Source: an uncultured delta proteobacterium (GTDB lineage Bacteria > Desulfobacterota > Desulfuromonadia > Desulfuromonadales > JACZKF01). From it: DNA of 64,000 nt. The position numbers and the translations under genes were made by a program. Under the pieces are notes generated by a model. It did no database searches. It saw only the letters and a list, made by a program, of their open reading frames with translations, and was not told where the DNA came from. The stretch's first letter is position 1. Each line of letters begins with the position of its first letter. This document shows, one piece after another, positions 33,169 to 43,036 of the stretch. The stretch covers positions 28,953 to 92,952 of the forward strand of contig CAWFKQ010000010.1 of NCBI GenBank assembly GCA_963816395.1. The letters run 5' to 3'.

Positions 33169-34559
33169 TGGACCTCGATCTGCAAAAGATCGCCCGGATC
33201 ACTGGCGGCCAACTCCTCCCCGAGGATTCCCGGCTGACTGTCCGCGGCATTTCCACCGACAGCCGCTCCCTGCAGGGGGGCGAACTTTTCATTCCCTTGC
33301 GGGGTGAAAATTTTGACGGTCACGATTTCCTTCTGGCGGCGGTGCGCCGGGGCGCGGCTGCCTGCCTGAGCGAGCAGGTGGTGGCCGGGCTGCCGGTGCC
33401 GGTCATCCGGGTGGCCGATACCCTGCGCGCGGTGGGGGATCTGGCGGCGGCAATACGAAGCGATTTTCCCGGACCGGTGGCGGCGATCACCGGTTCTTCC
33501 GGAAAAACCACTACCAAGGAGATGCTGGCCGGCATTCTGGCGCTAACCGGGCCGGGGCTGAAGACCGAGGGGAATTTTAATAATTTGATTGGCCTGCCGC
33601 ACACCATTTTCCGGTTGCAGCCGCAGCATCGCTGGGCGGTGCTGGAGATGGGGATGAGCGCCCGCGGCGAAATCGCCCGCCTGGCGGAGATCGCTGCTCC
33701 CAGTCTCGGCATCATCACCAATATCGGGCCGGCGCACCTCGAGACGCTGCACGGACTGGACGGGGTGGCGCGGGCCAAGGGAGAGCTGTTCGCGGCCCTG
33801 CCGGCCGGAGGTACGGCGGTAATCAACGGCGATGACCCGCGAGTTGCCGCCATCCCGGTGGCAAACGGCGTCAAGTGCCTGTATTTCGGCAGCGCGGCCG
33901 GTGCTGAAATACGAGCGGAGCAGGTGACGGTCAGCGGCGACGGGATCTCTTTCCTGCTCGTCCTGCCGGCGGCGAGCCGGACGGTGCATCTGGCGGTCAC
34001 TGGCCGCCATAATGTCCAGAACGCCCTGGCTGCTGCGGCTGCCGCCAGTGCCCTGGGGGTGGAAGCGACGCTTATCGCTGAGGGGCTGGAGGCCTTCCGT
34101 CCCGGCCACGGCCGGATGGAATTGGTCCACCTGCCGGACGGCACCTCCGTGCTGGAGGATTTCTATAATGCCAACCCCCTGTCGGTGCGGGCGGCCCTGG
34201 TCGCCCTGGACGAGCTGGGCGGGAGGGGACGGCGCATTGCGGTGCTCGGCGACATGCTGGAACTCGGTGAACAGGCCGCCCGCCTGCATCGGGAGATCGG
34301 TGCCGAAGCCGCCCGCCGGGTAGACTTTCTTCTGCTGCTGGGAGCCATGGCTGAGGAAACTGCTGCCGGCGCCCGGGAGGCGGGGCTGGCAGCCGACCGC
34401 ATCCGTATCGCTGCGACGCACGAGGCGGCGGCCGGCCTCCTCTGCGAATTCCTGCAGGCGGGCGACCGGGTGTTGATCAAGGGTTCGCGGGGGATGAAGA
34501 TGGAAAAGGTCTGCGCCGCCCTGCGGGAGAAGGACTGTCTGGCCGTAGGCCACTGCTAG
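33165..34559 (+). CDS. murF: UDP-N-acetylmuramoyl-tripeptide--D-alanyl-D-alanine ligase
   Basis: ITGSSGKTTTKEML; conserved dcw position. Confidence 0.95.
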   Translation: MMDLDLQKIARITGGQLLPEDSRLTVRGISTDSRSLQGGELFIPLRGENFDGHDFLLAAVRRGAAACLSEQVVAGLPVPVIRVADTLRAVGDLAAAIRSDFPGPVAAITGSSGKTTTKEMLAGILALTGPGLKTEGNFNNLIGLPHTIFRLQPQHRWAVLEMGMSARGEIARLAEIAAPSLGIITNIGPAHLETLHGLDGVARAKGELFAALPAGGTAVINGDDPRVAAIPVANGVKCLYFGSAAGAEIRAEQVTVSGDGISFLLVLPAASRTVHLAVTGRHNVQNALAAAAAASALGVEATLIAEGLEAFRPGHGRMELVHLPDGTSVLEDFYNANPLSVRAALVALDELGGRGRRIAVLGDMLELGEQAARLHREIGAEAARRVDFLLLLGAMAEETAAGAREAGLAADRIRIAATHEAAAGLLCEFLQAGDRVLIKGSRGMKMEKVCAALREKDCLAVGHC

Positions 34560-34611
34560 CAGAGAGTGACTTATCACGCCTGTTTTAGGCGCAATGAATT
34601 GCGCCCCTACG

Positions 34612-34665
34612 AGGTACGTCGTTGACGAAGGATGAGGGCAACGCCGCAGATGGGCGTTTTTCATC
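34612..34665 (-). repeat. 54-bp repeat element, copy A (reverse orientation), in the murF-mraY spacer
   Basis: Exact reverse complement of 50543-50596 (gatgaaaaacgcccatctgcggcgttgccctcatccttcgtcaacgacgtacct). On the + strand it forms AACGCC-gcagatg-GGCGTT followed by TTT (34640-34661). Confidence 0.9.
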
Positions 34666-34683
34666 CGTCTGTTGAGGGAATCG

Positions 34684-35760
34684 ATGCTGTATCACCTGCT
34701 CTATCCACTGCATACCGAATTTTCGGTTCTGTACATTTTCCGGTACATTACCTTCCGCACCATTTACGCCACCATTACGGCGCTGGTAATCTCCTTCATC
34801 CTCGGCCCCTGGCTGATCAACAAGCTCTCCAGCCTGCAGATCGGCCAGAGCATCCGCAAGCTGGGGCCGGAGTCGCACTTCAAGAAAGAGGGGACGCCGA
34901 CCATGGGCGGCACCCTGATCCTGCTGGCGATCGTCCTGCCGACCCTGCTCTGGGCCGACCTCGCCAACATCTACGTCTGGGTGACGCTGCTGGTGACCGT
35001 CGGTTTTGGCGTGGTCGGTTTCGTCGATGATTTCCGCAAGGTGCGCAAAAAGAACAGCGACGGTCTCTCCCCGCGGCAGAAAATGGTGTGGATGCTCCTG
35101 ATCTCCCTGGCGGCCGGGGGCATTCTCTATCTTTATCCCTCATTCCAGACCACTCTCGGCGTCCCCTTCTTCAAGGATCTTCGTCCCGACCTGGGGATCT
35201 TCTACATCCCCTTCGCCATGCTGGTCATCGTCGGCTCCAGTAACGCCGTCAACCTCACCGACGGACTCGATGGGCTGGCGATCGGGCCGATGATCATCGC
35301 TACCGGCACCTACCTCGTGTTCGCCTATCTGGCCGGCAACGCCCGGCTTTCCGAGTACCTGCAGATCAGCAGCGTGCAGGGGGCAGGGGAGCTGTCGGTG
35401 CTCTGCGGCGCCATGGTCGGGGCCGGGCTCGGTTTCCTCTGGTTCAACAGCTACCCGGCGCAGGTATTCATGGGCGATGTGGGGAGCCTCTCGCTCGGCG
35501 GCGCCCTGGGAACCATTGCGGTGATCACCAAGCAGGAGATTGTCTTGATGATCGTCGGCGGCATCTTTGTCCTGGAGGCGCTGTCGGTGATCTTCCAGGT
35601 GACCTCCTTCCGTCTGTACGGCAAGCGGATCTTCCGCATGGCGCCGATCCATCATCATTTCGAACTCAAGGGCTGGCCGGAGCCGAAAATCATCGTCCGT
35701 TTCTGGATCATCAGCATCATTCTGGCGCTGGTGGCCCTGTCGACCCTGAAGTTGCGGTAA
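34684..35760 (+). CDS. mraY: Phospho-N-acetylmuramoyl-pentapeptide transferase
   Basis: [10 protein letters not shown]..., polytopic, with [16 protein letters not shown] at 34684. Confidence 0.95.
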   Translation: MLYHLLYPLHTEFSVLYIFRYITFRTIYATITALVISFILGPWLINKLSSLQIGQSIRKLGPESHFKKEGTPTMGGTLILLAIVLPTLLWADLANIYVWVTLLVTVGFGVVGFVDDFRKVRKKNSDGLSPRQKMVWMLLISLAAGGILYLYPSFQTTLGVPFFKDLRPDLGIFYIPFAMLVIVGSSNAVNLTDGLDGLAIGPMIIATGTYLVFAYLAGNARLSEYLQISSVQGAGELSVLCGAMVGAGLGFLWFNSYPAQVFMGDVGSLSLGGALGTIAVITKQEIVLMIVGGIFVLEALSVIFQVTSFRLYGKRIFRMAPIHHHFELKGWPEPKIIVRFWIISIILALVALSTLKLR

Positions 35761-35770
35761 GGGCCACATG

Positions 35771-35798
35771 TCAGGTAGCAGGTTTCAGGTGTCAGGAA
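35771..35798. repeat. Four tandem TCAGGTN heptamers in the mraY-murD spacer
   Basis: tcaggta gcaggtt tcaggtg tcaggaa, immediately before the murD ATG. Confidence 0.65.
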
Positions 35799-35803
35799 AT
35801 AAA

Positions 35804-37157
35804 ATGCAGCGTAATTATTCGGGAAAGAAAGTTGTGGTCGTCGGAGCGGGGCGTTCCGGCCTCGCTCTGGCCGCCTATTTCCGTCGCCGCGGGGCCGCCG
35901 TCGTTCTCTCCGACAACCGCGCCGCGGAGCGGCTCGGGCCGCTGGCGGTGCCGCCGGGGGTGATCCTTGACCTGGGCGGGCATACCCCGGCGCACTTCGA
36001 GGCGGCCGACCTGGTGGCGATCAGCCCCGGTGTGCCCCTGGAATCGCCACCGGTGGCGGCAGCGATCGCCCGCGGCGTGCCGGTGCTGGGAGAGGTGGAA
36101 ATCGCTTTCGGGGAACTGACCGCGCCGCTGGCGGCGATCACCGGCACCAACGGCAAATCGACGACCACCATGGTCATGGGGGAAGCGCTGCGCGCCTGGG
36201 GAAAGAACCCCTTCGTCGGCGGCAATCTCGGCATCCCGCTGATCGAGGCGGTGGACGGGGCGTGGGACTGGCTGGTGGCGGAGATCTCCTCCTTCCAGTT
36301 GGAGGCGATCCGCGATTTCCGCCCCGGCTACGCCCTGCTGCTGAACGTCACCGAGGACCACCTCGACCGCTATCCGGACATGGAGGCCTATCTGGCGGCC
36401 AAGCTGCGCATTTTCGAGAATATGACGGAGTCCGGCGTCGCCGTGCTCAATGCCGAGGACCCGCTCGTGGTGGCCGCCACCGCCGGTCTGCGCCCGCGGC
36501 GGGTATTTTTCTCCTCCCGCCGGATGCTGCCGGAGGGGATGGGGGTGGCGGGAGAAACGATCGTCTGGCGCCATGACGGCGTCGAAACCCGATTCCCCAT
36601 CCGCGAACTGAGGCTCAAGGGGCTCCACAACGTGGAGAACGTCATGGCCGCCCTCGTTCCGCCGCTGCTGGCCGGCTGCCCGGCCGGCGACCGCCTGGGG
36701 CGCCGCCTGCGCCTTTGCCGGCCTGCCGCACCGGATGGTGCCGGTGCGGGTGCTGAACGGGGTCACCTGGTACAACGACTCCAAGGGGACCAACGTCGGC
36801 AGCGTGGTGAAGAGCCTCGCCGGCCTGCCGGCGCCGGTGACCCTGATCGCCGGCGGCAAGGACAAAGGGGGAGATTATGCCCCCCTGGCCGGGCTGGTGC
36901 GGGGGAAGGTGAGAAATCTGGTCGTTATCGGCCAGGCGGCCGACCGCCTGCTCGCCGCCCTCGGCGACCTGACCCACACCGTCCGCGCCGATAGCCTGGA
37001 GGAGGCGGTGCGGGTGGCCTGGGAGCTGACCCCGGCGGGCGGGTCGGTACTGCTTTCCCCCGGCTGTTCCAGTTTCGACATGTTTAAGAACTTCGAAGAG
37101 CGCGGGGATCTATTCACCCGGGCGGTGCTCGCCCTGCCCGACAGGATGGCGGTGTAA
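35804..37157 (+). pseudogene. murD: UDP-N-acetylmuramoylalanine--D-glutamate ligase MurD; one frameshift as written
   Basis: Track ORF 35768..36994 gives KKVVVVGAGRSGLA and ITGTNGKSTTTMVMG, through to ...[10 protein letters not shown]. Track ORF 36735..37157 frame continues [37 protein letters not shown]... Shift near 36685. Confidence 0.88.
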
Positions 37158-37161
37158 CGCG

Positions 37162-38268
37162 ATGGAACTGAGGAAGGAATACGATTCGACAATCCTGCTG
37201 CTGGCGGTCGCACTCACCTGCTTCGGTGTCGTCATGGTCTATTCCTCCTCCTCCATCATGGCGGTCAAGCGCCATGCCGATGGCTTTTATTTCCTCAAGC
37301 GCCAGGGGGTGTACGCCCTCGGCGGCTTTCTGCTCATGGCGGCGGCAATGCGCATCGATTACCGCTGCCTGCGCCGGCTGGCCGTTCCCTTTCTGCTGCT
37401 GTGCATCGGCCTGCTGCTGGCGGTGCTGATCCCGGGGATAGGCGCGCACGCCGGCGGCGCTTCGCGCTGGATCCGCCTGGGGATCATCTCCCTGCAGCCA
37501 TCGGAGGTGACCAAGCTCGGTCTGGTTCTCTACATGGCGCATTCGCTGGCCAAGAAACAGGAGAAGATCAAGAGTTTCAAGCTCGGCTTCATCCCTTACA
37601 TGGTGGTCCTGGCGATCCTCCTCTTTCTGCTGCTGCTGCAGCCCGACCTCGGCAGCGCCCTGACCCTGGGGGCGGTGGCCATGGTGATGCTGCTGGTGGC
37701 GGGCACCCGGCTGAGCTACCTCTTCTCGGTAGCGATCCTGGCGGTGCCGTTCCTCTATTTTGCCGTGATGCATGTCGATTACCGGCGAAAACGCATCCTG
37801 GCTTTCCTCAACCCCTGGGAGGATCCGACGAATACCGGATTTCAGATCATCCAGAGCTGGATTGCCTTCGGTACCGGCGGGCTGCTCGGCAATGGTTTGG
37901 GGGAAGGAAAGCAGAAACTCTTCTTTCTGCCCGAGGCACATACGGACTTCATCTTTTCGGTGGTGGGGGAGGAGCTGGGCTTCGCCGGCGTGCTGGTGAT
38001 CAGCACCATGTTCCTGCTTCTGGTCCAGCGAGGCATCCGCGCCTCCCTGACGGCACCGGACGATTTCGGGCGCTACCTGGCCTTTGGCATCTCCCTGCTG
38101 CTCGGCCTGGAGGTTTTCGTCAATCTCGGGGTGGTCATGGGGCTGCTGCCCACCAAAGGGCTGGCCCTGCCTTTTCTTTCCTATGGCGGAACCAGCCTGC
38201 TCACCACTTTGCTGGCGGTGGGAATTCTGCTCAATATTTCCAGTCAGGGTCAGGGAGGAGTCTCATGA
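37162..38268 (+). CDS. ftsW: Cell division glycosyltransferase FtsW (SEDS family)
   Basis: 368 aa, 10-TM SEDS pattern (GASRWIRLG, PEAHTDFIFSVVGEELGF, LPFLSYGGTS). Confidence 0.93.
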   Translation: MELRKEYDSTILLLAVALTCFGVVMVYSSSSIMAVKRHADGFYFLKRQGVYALGGFLLMAAAMRIDYRCLRRLAVPFLLLCIGLLLAVLIPGIGAHAGGASRWIRLGIISLQPSEVTKLGLVLYMAHSLAKKQEKIKSFKLGFIPYMVVLAILLFLLLLQPDLGSALTLGAVAMVMLLVAGTRLSYLFSVAILAVPFLYFAVMHVDYRRKRILAFLNPWEDPTNTGFQIIQSWIAFGTGGLLGNGLGEGKQKLFFLPEAHTDFIFSVVGEELGFAGVLVISTMFLLLVQRGIRASLTAPDDFGRYLAFGISLLLGLEVFVNLGVVMGLLPTKGLALPFLSYGGTSLLTTLLAVGILLNISSQGQGGVS

Positions 38269-39380
38269 GGATGCTTCTGGCCGGAGGCGGTACCGGCGGC
38301 CATCTCTTCCCAGCCGTGGCCCTCGCCCAGCGACTGCTGGCGACGGAGCCCGGCTCCGAGGTGCTCTTTGTCGGTACCAGCCGGGGAATCGAGGCGCGGG
38401 TTCTGCCGGAACTGGGACTGCCGTTGGCGACCATCGATATCTCCGGCTTCGTTGGCAAGGGGGTGAAGGGAAAGGCGGCTCTGGCGCCGCTGCTGTTCCG
38501 CAGCATCTACCAATCCTGGCGGCTTCTCGACCGTTTCCGGCCGCAGGTGGTGGTGGGAGTGGGAGGGTACGCCTCGGCTCCGGTATTGACCGCCGCCCGC
38601 CTCCGGCGCTATCCCTGCCTGATTCACGAACAGAACGCCTGGCCGGGGCTGACCAACCGCCTGCTGGCCCGCTGGGTCGACCGGATCTGTCTCTCTTTCG
38701 CTGAGGCCGACTGCGCCTTTCATCACGGTAGGACGGTATTGACCGGCAATCCCCTGCGCCAGGGGATGGAGGAGTGTCCGCCGGTGCCCGCCGGCGACCC
38801 GCAGTTGCTCGTCTTCGGCGGCAGCCGCGGGGCCCGCGCCATCAACGAGGCGGTGCTCGCCATGCTCCCCCGGCTGGCGGAATTTCGCGGGCGGCTGTCC
38901 ATCCGTCATCAGACTGGCAGCGAGGATCTGGAGCGGGTGCGTGCCGGGTACCGGCAGGCGGGATGGGACGACGGCGGGGTGGTTCCTTTCATCCAGGATA
39001 TGGCGGCGGCCTACGCCGGCGCCCACCTGGTTCTCTGCCGGGCCGGGGCGACCACCATCGCCGAACTGACCGCCTGTGGCCGGCCGGCGGTGCTGGTGCC
39101 TTACCCGCATGCCGCCGGCGATCACCAGACGGCCAACGCCCGCGCCCTGGCGCGGGGGGGGGCGGCCTTGATGCTGCCGCAGCCGGAGATGACCCCCGAA
39201 ACCCTGGCGCGGCTGATCGGCGACCTGCTGCACGATCGGGAACGGCTGCTGGTTATGGCCGGAGCGGCCCACGCCCTGGGCCGCCGCGGGGCAGCCGATC
39301 TGATCCTGCGCGAATGCCGGGCGATCATCAAACCTGAAGGCGATTTTTTTAACGCGGCGAGGCGGGCAACCAGGCATTGA
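38265..39380 (+). CDS. murG: UDP-N-acetylglucosamine--N-acetylmuramyl-(pentapeptide) pyrophosphoryl-undecaprenol N-acetylglucosamine transferase
   Basis: MRMLLAGGGTGGHLFPAVALA... The ATG at 38265 overlaps the ftsW stop (ATGA). The first ~290 codons of track ORF 37401..39380 are an out-of-frame overlap with ftsW. Confidence 0.93.
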   Translation: MRMLLAGGGTGGHLFPAVALAQRLLATEPGSEVLFVGTSRGIEARVLPELGLPLATIDISGFVGKGVKGKAALAPLLFRSIYQSWRLLDRFRPQVVVGVGGYASAPVLTAARLRRYPCLIHEQNAWPGLTNRLLARWVDRICLSFAEADCAFHHGRTVLTGNPLRQGMEECPPVPAGDPQLLVFGGSRGARAINEAVLAMLPRLAEFRGRLSIRHQTGSEDLERVRAGYRQAGWDDGGVVPFIQDMAAAYAGAHLVLCRAGATTIAELTACGRPAVLVPYPHAAGDHQTANARALARGGAALMLPQPEMTPETLARLIGDLLHDRERLLVMAGAAHALGRRGAADLILRECRAIIKPEGDFFNAARRATRH

Positions 39381-39390
39381 AGGCTTCTTG

Positions 39391-39430
39391 ACGCGGAGAC
39401 GCGGAGGCGCAGAGGAAAACAGAAACAGGA
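39391..39430. repeat. Tandem degenerate octamers in the murG-murC spacer
   Basis: acgcggag acgcggag gcgcagag gaaaacag aaacagga. A partial inverted partner (cctctgcgc) lies at 39472-39480, followed by the hairpin ctgcgc-ttctagtga-gcgcag. Confidence 0.55.
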
Positions 39431-39527
39431 GTTTTTTTAACTTAAACCCTAACCAAAGAATTTTTCTCCGTGCCTCTGCGCTTCTAGTGAGCGCAGCGAA
39501 CGGGCGTTTAAAAAGGACCTTGACCTT

Positions 39528-40910
39528 ATGTACGGCAGGATACGGAAAATACATTTCGTCGGCATCGGCGGCATCGGCATGAGCGGCATTGCCGAGGTGC
39601 TGCTGAATCTCGGCTACCAGGTATCCGGCTCCGATCTGCGCGAGTCGGAGATTACTCGCCGGCTGACGGAGTTGGGGGGAGAGATCACCTTCGGCCACCG
39701 GGTGGAGAACGTCGGTAATGCCGACGTGGTGGTGACCTCCACCGCCGTGCGCGCCGGCAATCCCGAGGTGCTGGAAGCGACTCGCCGGCTGATCCCGGTC
39801 ATCCCCAGGGCCGAAATGCTGGCCGAGTTGATGCGCATGAAATACGGCATCGCCGTCGCCGGCACGCACGGCAAGACGACCACCACCAGCATGGTGGCCA
39901 CCATGCTGGTGCATGGCGGTATCGACCCGACGGCGGTTATCGGCGGCCGTCTGGACGCCTTCGGCTCCAATGCCAAACTGGGGCAGGGGAAATTCCTGGT
40001 GGCCGAGGCCGACGAATCGGACGGCTCCTTTCTCAAGCTGTCGCCGACCATCGCCGTGGTCACCAATGTCGACGCCGACCACCTCGACTATTACCAGGAT
40101 CTGGAAGAGATCAAGCGGACCTTCGTCGACTTCATCAACAAGGTCCCTTTCTACGGGGTGGCCGTGCTGTGCCTGGACGATCCGAACATTCAGGCCCTGA
40201 TCCCGCAGGTGAAGAAGCGTTTCGTGACCTATGGCCTGAGCACCCAGGCCGATCTCAGCGCCAGCGAAATCGAGCATCGGGGCGATCGCACCGCTTTTAC
40301 CGTGCACCATCGCGGCCAACATCTCGGCCGCATCTCCTTCCACATGCCGGGGCAGCACAACGTGCTAAATGCCCTGGCGGCGGTCGCCGTCGGCCTCGAA
40401 CTGGAGATTCCTTTCGCGCGGATCGCCGAGGGCTTTCAGGATTTCGGCGGCGTGCAGCGGCGCTTCCAGATCAAGTCGGAGGTGGATGGAATCATGGTGG
40501 TGGACGATTACGGCCATCACCCGGCGGAGATCAAGGCTACCCTGGCGGCGGCCCGCGCCGGCTGGAACCGGCGGGTGGTGGCGGTTTTTCAGCCGCACCG
40601 CTACAGCCGCACCCGGGCACTGTTCAACGAGTTCGTCACCGCCTTTTACCAGGCCGACCATCTGGCGGTGATGGATATCTACCCGGCTGGCGAGGATCCG
40701 ATCGAAGGGGTGGATGCGCGATCCCTGGCCGCGGGGATTGCCGGCCACGGGCACAAGGATACCCATTACGTCGGGGATCGCCAGGCGGCAGTGGCGCATC
40801 TGCTGTCGGTGGTGGCCGAAGGAGATATCGTGATCACCCTGGGCGCCGGCAATGTCTGGCAGGTCGGCGAAGATCTGGCCCGGCGCCGCCGGGAAGAGCA
40901 GGGTGACTGA
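39528..40910 (+). CDS. murC: UDP-N-acetylmuramate--L-alanine ligase
   Basis: [18 protein letters not shown] and [15 protein letters not shown]. Confidence 0.95.
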   Translation: MYGRIRKIHFVGIGGIGMSGIAEVLLNLGYQVSGSDLRESEITRRLTELGGEITFGHRVENVGNADVVVTSTAVRAGNPEVLEATRRLIPVIPRAEMLAELMRMKYGIAVAGTHGKTTTTSMVATMLVHGGIDPTAVIGGRLDAFGSNAKLGQGKFLVAEADESDGSFLKLSPTIAVVTNVDADHLDYYQDLEEIKRTFVDFINKVPFYGVAVLCLDDPNIQALIPQVKKRFVTYGLSTQADLSASEIEHRGDRTAFTVHHRGQHLGRISFHMPGQHNVLNALAAVAVGLELEIPFARIAEGFQDFGGVQRRFQIKSEVDGIMVVDDYGHHPAEIKATLAAARAGWNRRVVAVFQPHRYSRTRALFNEFVTAFYQADHLAVMDIYPAGEDPIEGVDARSLAAGIAGHGHKDTHYVGDRQAAVAHLLSVVAEGDIVITLGAGNVWQVGEDLARRRREEQGD

Positions 40911-41886
40911 ACGGCTCTTTGACAGTCTGCGCGCGTTTTTCCGGGGCGAGTTAAGGCGGGCGGAGCCGCTCTCCCGGCACACCACCTGGCGGGTCGGCGG
41001 CCCGGCCGACCTGTTCCTGGCCCCGGCCGACCGGGCGGACCTCCAGGCGGTACTGGGGTGGCTGCAGGCGGTGCAGATCCCCTGGTTTTTCCTTGGGGGG
41101 CGGCAGCAATCTGCTGGTCGTGCGACAGCGGATTCCGGGGAGCGGCGATCCACACCGGGCGCCTGCGGCAACTGCGCTTCGGTCCGGACGGGGAGGTGGC
41201 GGTCGGAGGCGGCCTGCCGCTGATGGCGTTGATCCGCGAGACCGCGTCCCGCGGTCTCGCCGGCCTGGAGGGGCTGGGTGGCATTCCGGGCACGCTCGGC
41301 GGTGCCATCGCCATGAATGCCGGGGCCGGGGGACAGGAAATGGCCGGGGTGGTGCGCTCGGCGGTCCTGGCCGGTCCCGACGGGGAGGAGAATTGGGAGG
41401 CCAACCGGCTGGCCTTCGGCTATCGGCAATCGGCGGTCCCTGCCGGATCGGGTTATCGTCGAGGCGCACCTGCGGTTCACGGCGGCCGATCCGGTACTCT
41501 TGCAGACCGAGATTCAGCATCGGGTGGCGTACCGGCGGAGCCAACCATCCGCTACGGCAGCCCGAATGCCGGCTCGGTGTTCAGAAATCCCCCGGGGGAG
41601 GGGGCCTGGAAGCTGATCGAGGCGGCCGGACTCCGGGGGGCGCAAGATCGGCGGGGCGCAGGTCTCGGAGCAGCACGCCAACTTCATCGTCAATGTCGGC
41701 GGCGCCACAGCCGCCGACATCCTGACCCTGATCGACCGCATCCGCGCGGCGGTAAGAAAACAGACCGGTATCGAACTGGTGCCGGAGGTAAGGATTATTT
41801 GGATCAGGCAAGAGGCAAGAGGCTCGGGGCAAGAGGAAGACCCCAAGCCGCAACCTCTAGCCTGTAAACCACGGCACGAGGGATAA
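40903..41886 (+). pseudogene. murB: UDP-N-acetylenolpyruvoylglucosamine reductase MurB; five frameshifts as written
   Basis: GTG 40903 (VTERLFDSL...HTTWRVGGPADLF...FFLGG), then GGSNLLV, then DSGFRGAAIHTG...AFGYRQS, then LPDRVIVEAHLRF...VAYRR, then PNAGSVFRNPPGEGAWKLIEAAGLRG, then KIGGAQVSEQHANFIVN...EVRII. The path alternates between all three frames. Shifts lie near 41098 (G6), 41121, 41435, 41540 and 41638 (G6). The span is divisible by 3. The C-terminus runs on into the heptamer array. Confidence 0.85.
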
Positions 41887-41948
41887 CTCGAGGTTAGAGG
41901 CATTTCGCTTTAACCTCTAGCCTCTTGCCTCTAGCCGCTAGCCGGGTT
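41806..41948. repeat. About 20 heptamer units: AGGCAAG array plus an inverted CCTCTAG/CCTCTTG array in the murB-ddl spacer
   Basis: aggcaag aggcaag aggctcg gggcaag aggaaga (41806-41840); cctctag cctgtaa (41854-41867); gaggtta gaggcat (41890-41903); cctctag cctcttg cctctag ccgctag (41914-41941). gaggcaagaggct and agcctcttgcctc can pair as a long-range stem. Confidence 0.7.
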
Positions 41949-41952
41949 TTTT

Positions 41953-42879
41953 ATGGACCGCAACGAACTGAAAAAAAAGAAGATTGGTGTTCTGCTGGGC
42001 GGGATGTCCGCCGAGCGGGAGGTTTCCCTGCGCACCGGCAAGGCGGTGCTGGCCGCCCTGCAGGAGAGCGGTTACCGGGCCGTCGGTCTCGATGCCGGCC
42101 GCGATCTGGCGGCGCGCCTGGGGGAGGAGGGGGTCGAGGTGGCCTTCATCGCCCTGCACGGCCGCTACGGTGAGGACGGCACGGTGCAGGGGCTGCTGGA
42201 GATCCTCGGGATTCCCTACACCGGCAGCGGCGTGCTGGCTTCCAGCATCGCCATGGACAAGGTGACCACCAAGAAAGTCCTTCTGCACCACGAGCTGCCC
42301 ACCCCGGGCTTCGACGTTTTTCACCGGGGGGAGAGCCGCCATGAACTGCTGGCGCGCTGCCGGCATTTTCCGCTGGTGGTCAAGCCGGCCCGGGAGGGAT
42401 CGACCATCGGCGTTTCCATCGTCCGCACCCCCGAGGAACTTCAGCGGGGACTCGATGCGGCCCTTGAGCACGATGCGCTGGTGCTGATCGAGGATTACAT
42501 CCAGGGGCTGGAAGTAACCGTCGGGGTATTGGATGACCGGTCCCTGCCGATCATCCAGGTGGTGCCTAAAGGAGGTTTTTACGATTTCCAGGCCAAATAT
42601 ACCGCCGGCCAGACCGAGTACATCCTCCCCGCGCCCCTGGATGGCGTTCTCTACGAACGCCTGCAGCAGGCGGCCGTCGCCGCCTGTCGGGCGGTCGGCT
42701 GCGCCGGCGCCTCGCGGGTCGATTTCATGGTGCGGCAGCGCGAATTCTTCTGCCTGGAGATCAATACTATCCCGGGGATGACTGAAACCAGCCTGTTGCC
42801 GAAGGCGGCGAAACATGCAGGCATGTCCTTCGGTGAACTGGCGCAGCGAATCCTGGAAGGGGCGGGACTCAACAAATAG
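41953..42879 (+). CDS. ddl: D-alanine--D-alanine ligase
   Basis: IGVLLGGMSAEREVSLRTG, HGRYGEDGTVQGLLE, ATP-grasp C-terminus. Confidence 0.95.
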   Translation: MDRNELKKKKIGVLLGGMSAEREVSLRTGKAVLAALQESGYRAVGLDAGRDLAARLGEEGVEVAFIALHGRYGEDGTVQGLLEILGIPYTGSGVLASSIAMDKVTTKKVLLHHELPTPGFDVFHRGESRHELLARCRHFPLVVKPAREGSTIGVSIVRTPEELQRGLDAALEHDALVLIEDYIQGLEVTVGVLDDRSLPIIQVVPKGGFYDFQAKYTAGQTEYILPAPLDGVLYERLQQAAVAACRAVGCAGASRVDFMVRQREFFCLEINTIPGMTETSLLPKAAKHAGMSFGELAQRILEGAGLNK

Positions 42880-43036
42880 TCCCGCCCTCCGCTGAGGGCG
42901 CGCCGAAGTTGTGAAATGTAAACTCGAAACGAGATTTCAAGCGTGCGCGATCTGAAAGCTCCCAAAGACAGGCAAGGTCAAAGGGAACCGGCGCCGGAAA
43001 AAGACCTCCCCGCGCGACTGGAAGAAGGTTTTCCGG

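Noticed and set aside
37401-38264. N-terminal ~290 codons of the 659-aa track ORF 37401..39380.
   Set aside because: This part overlaps ftsW out of frame and is Arg/Pro/Gly-rich. Recognisable MurG sequence starts only at ATG 38265 (MRMLLAGGGTGGHLFP), which overlaps the ftsW stop.
41806-41948. Whether the short repeat arrays (here and at the other junctions) could be a CRISPR array or minisatellite-encoded peptide repeats.
   Set aside because: Units are 7-8 nt, degenerate and contiguous, with no unique spacers of 25-40 nt and no cas genes nearby. They are mostly non-coding and not a multiple of 3.
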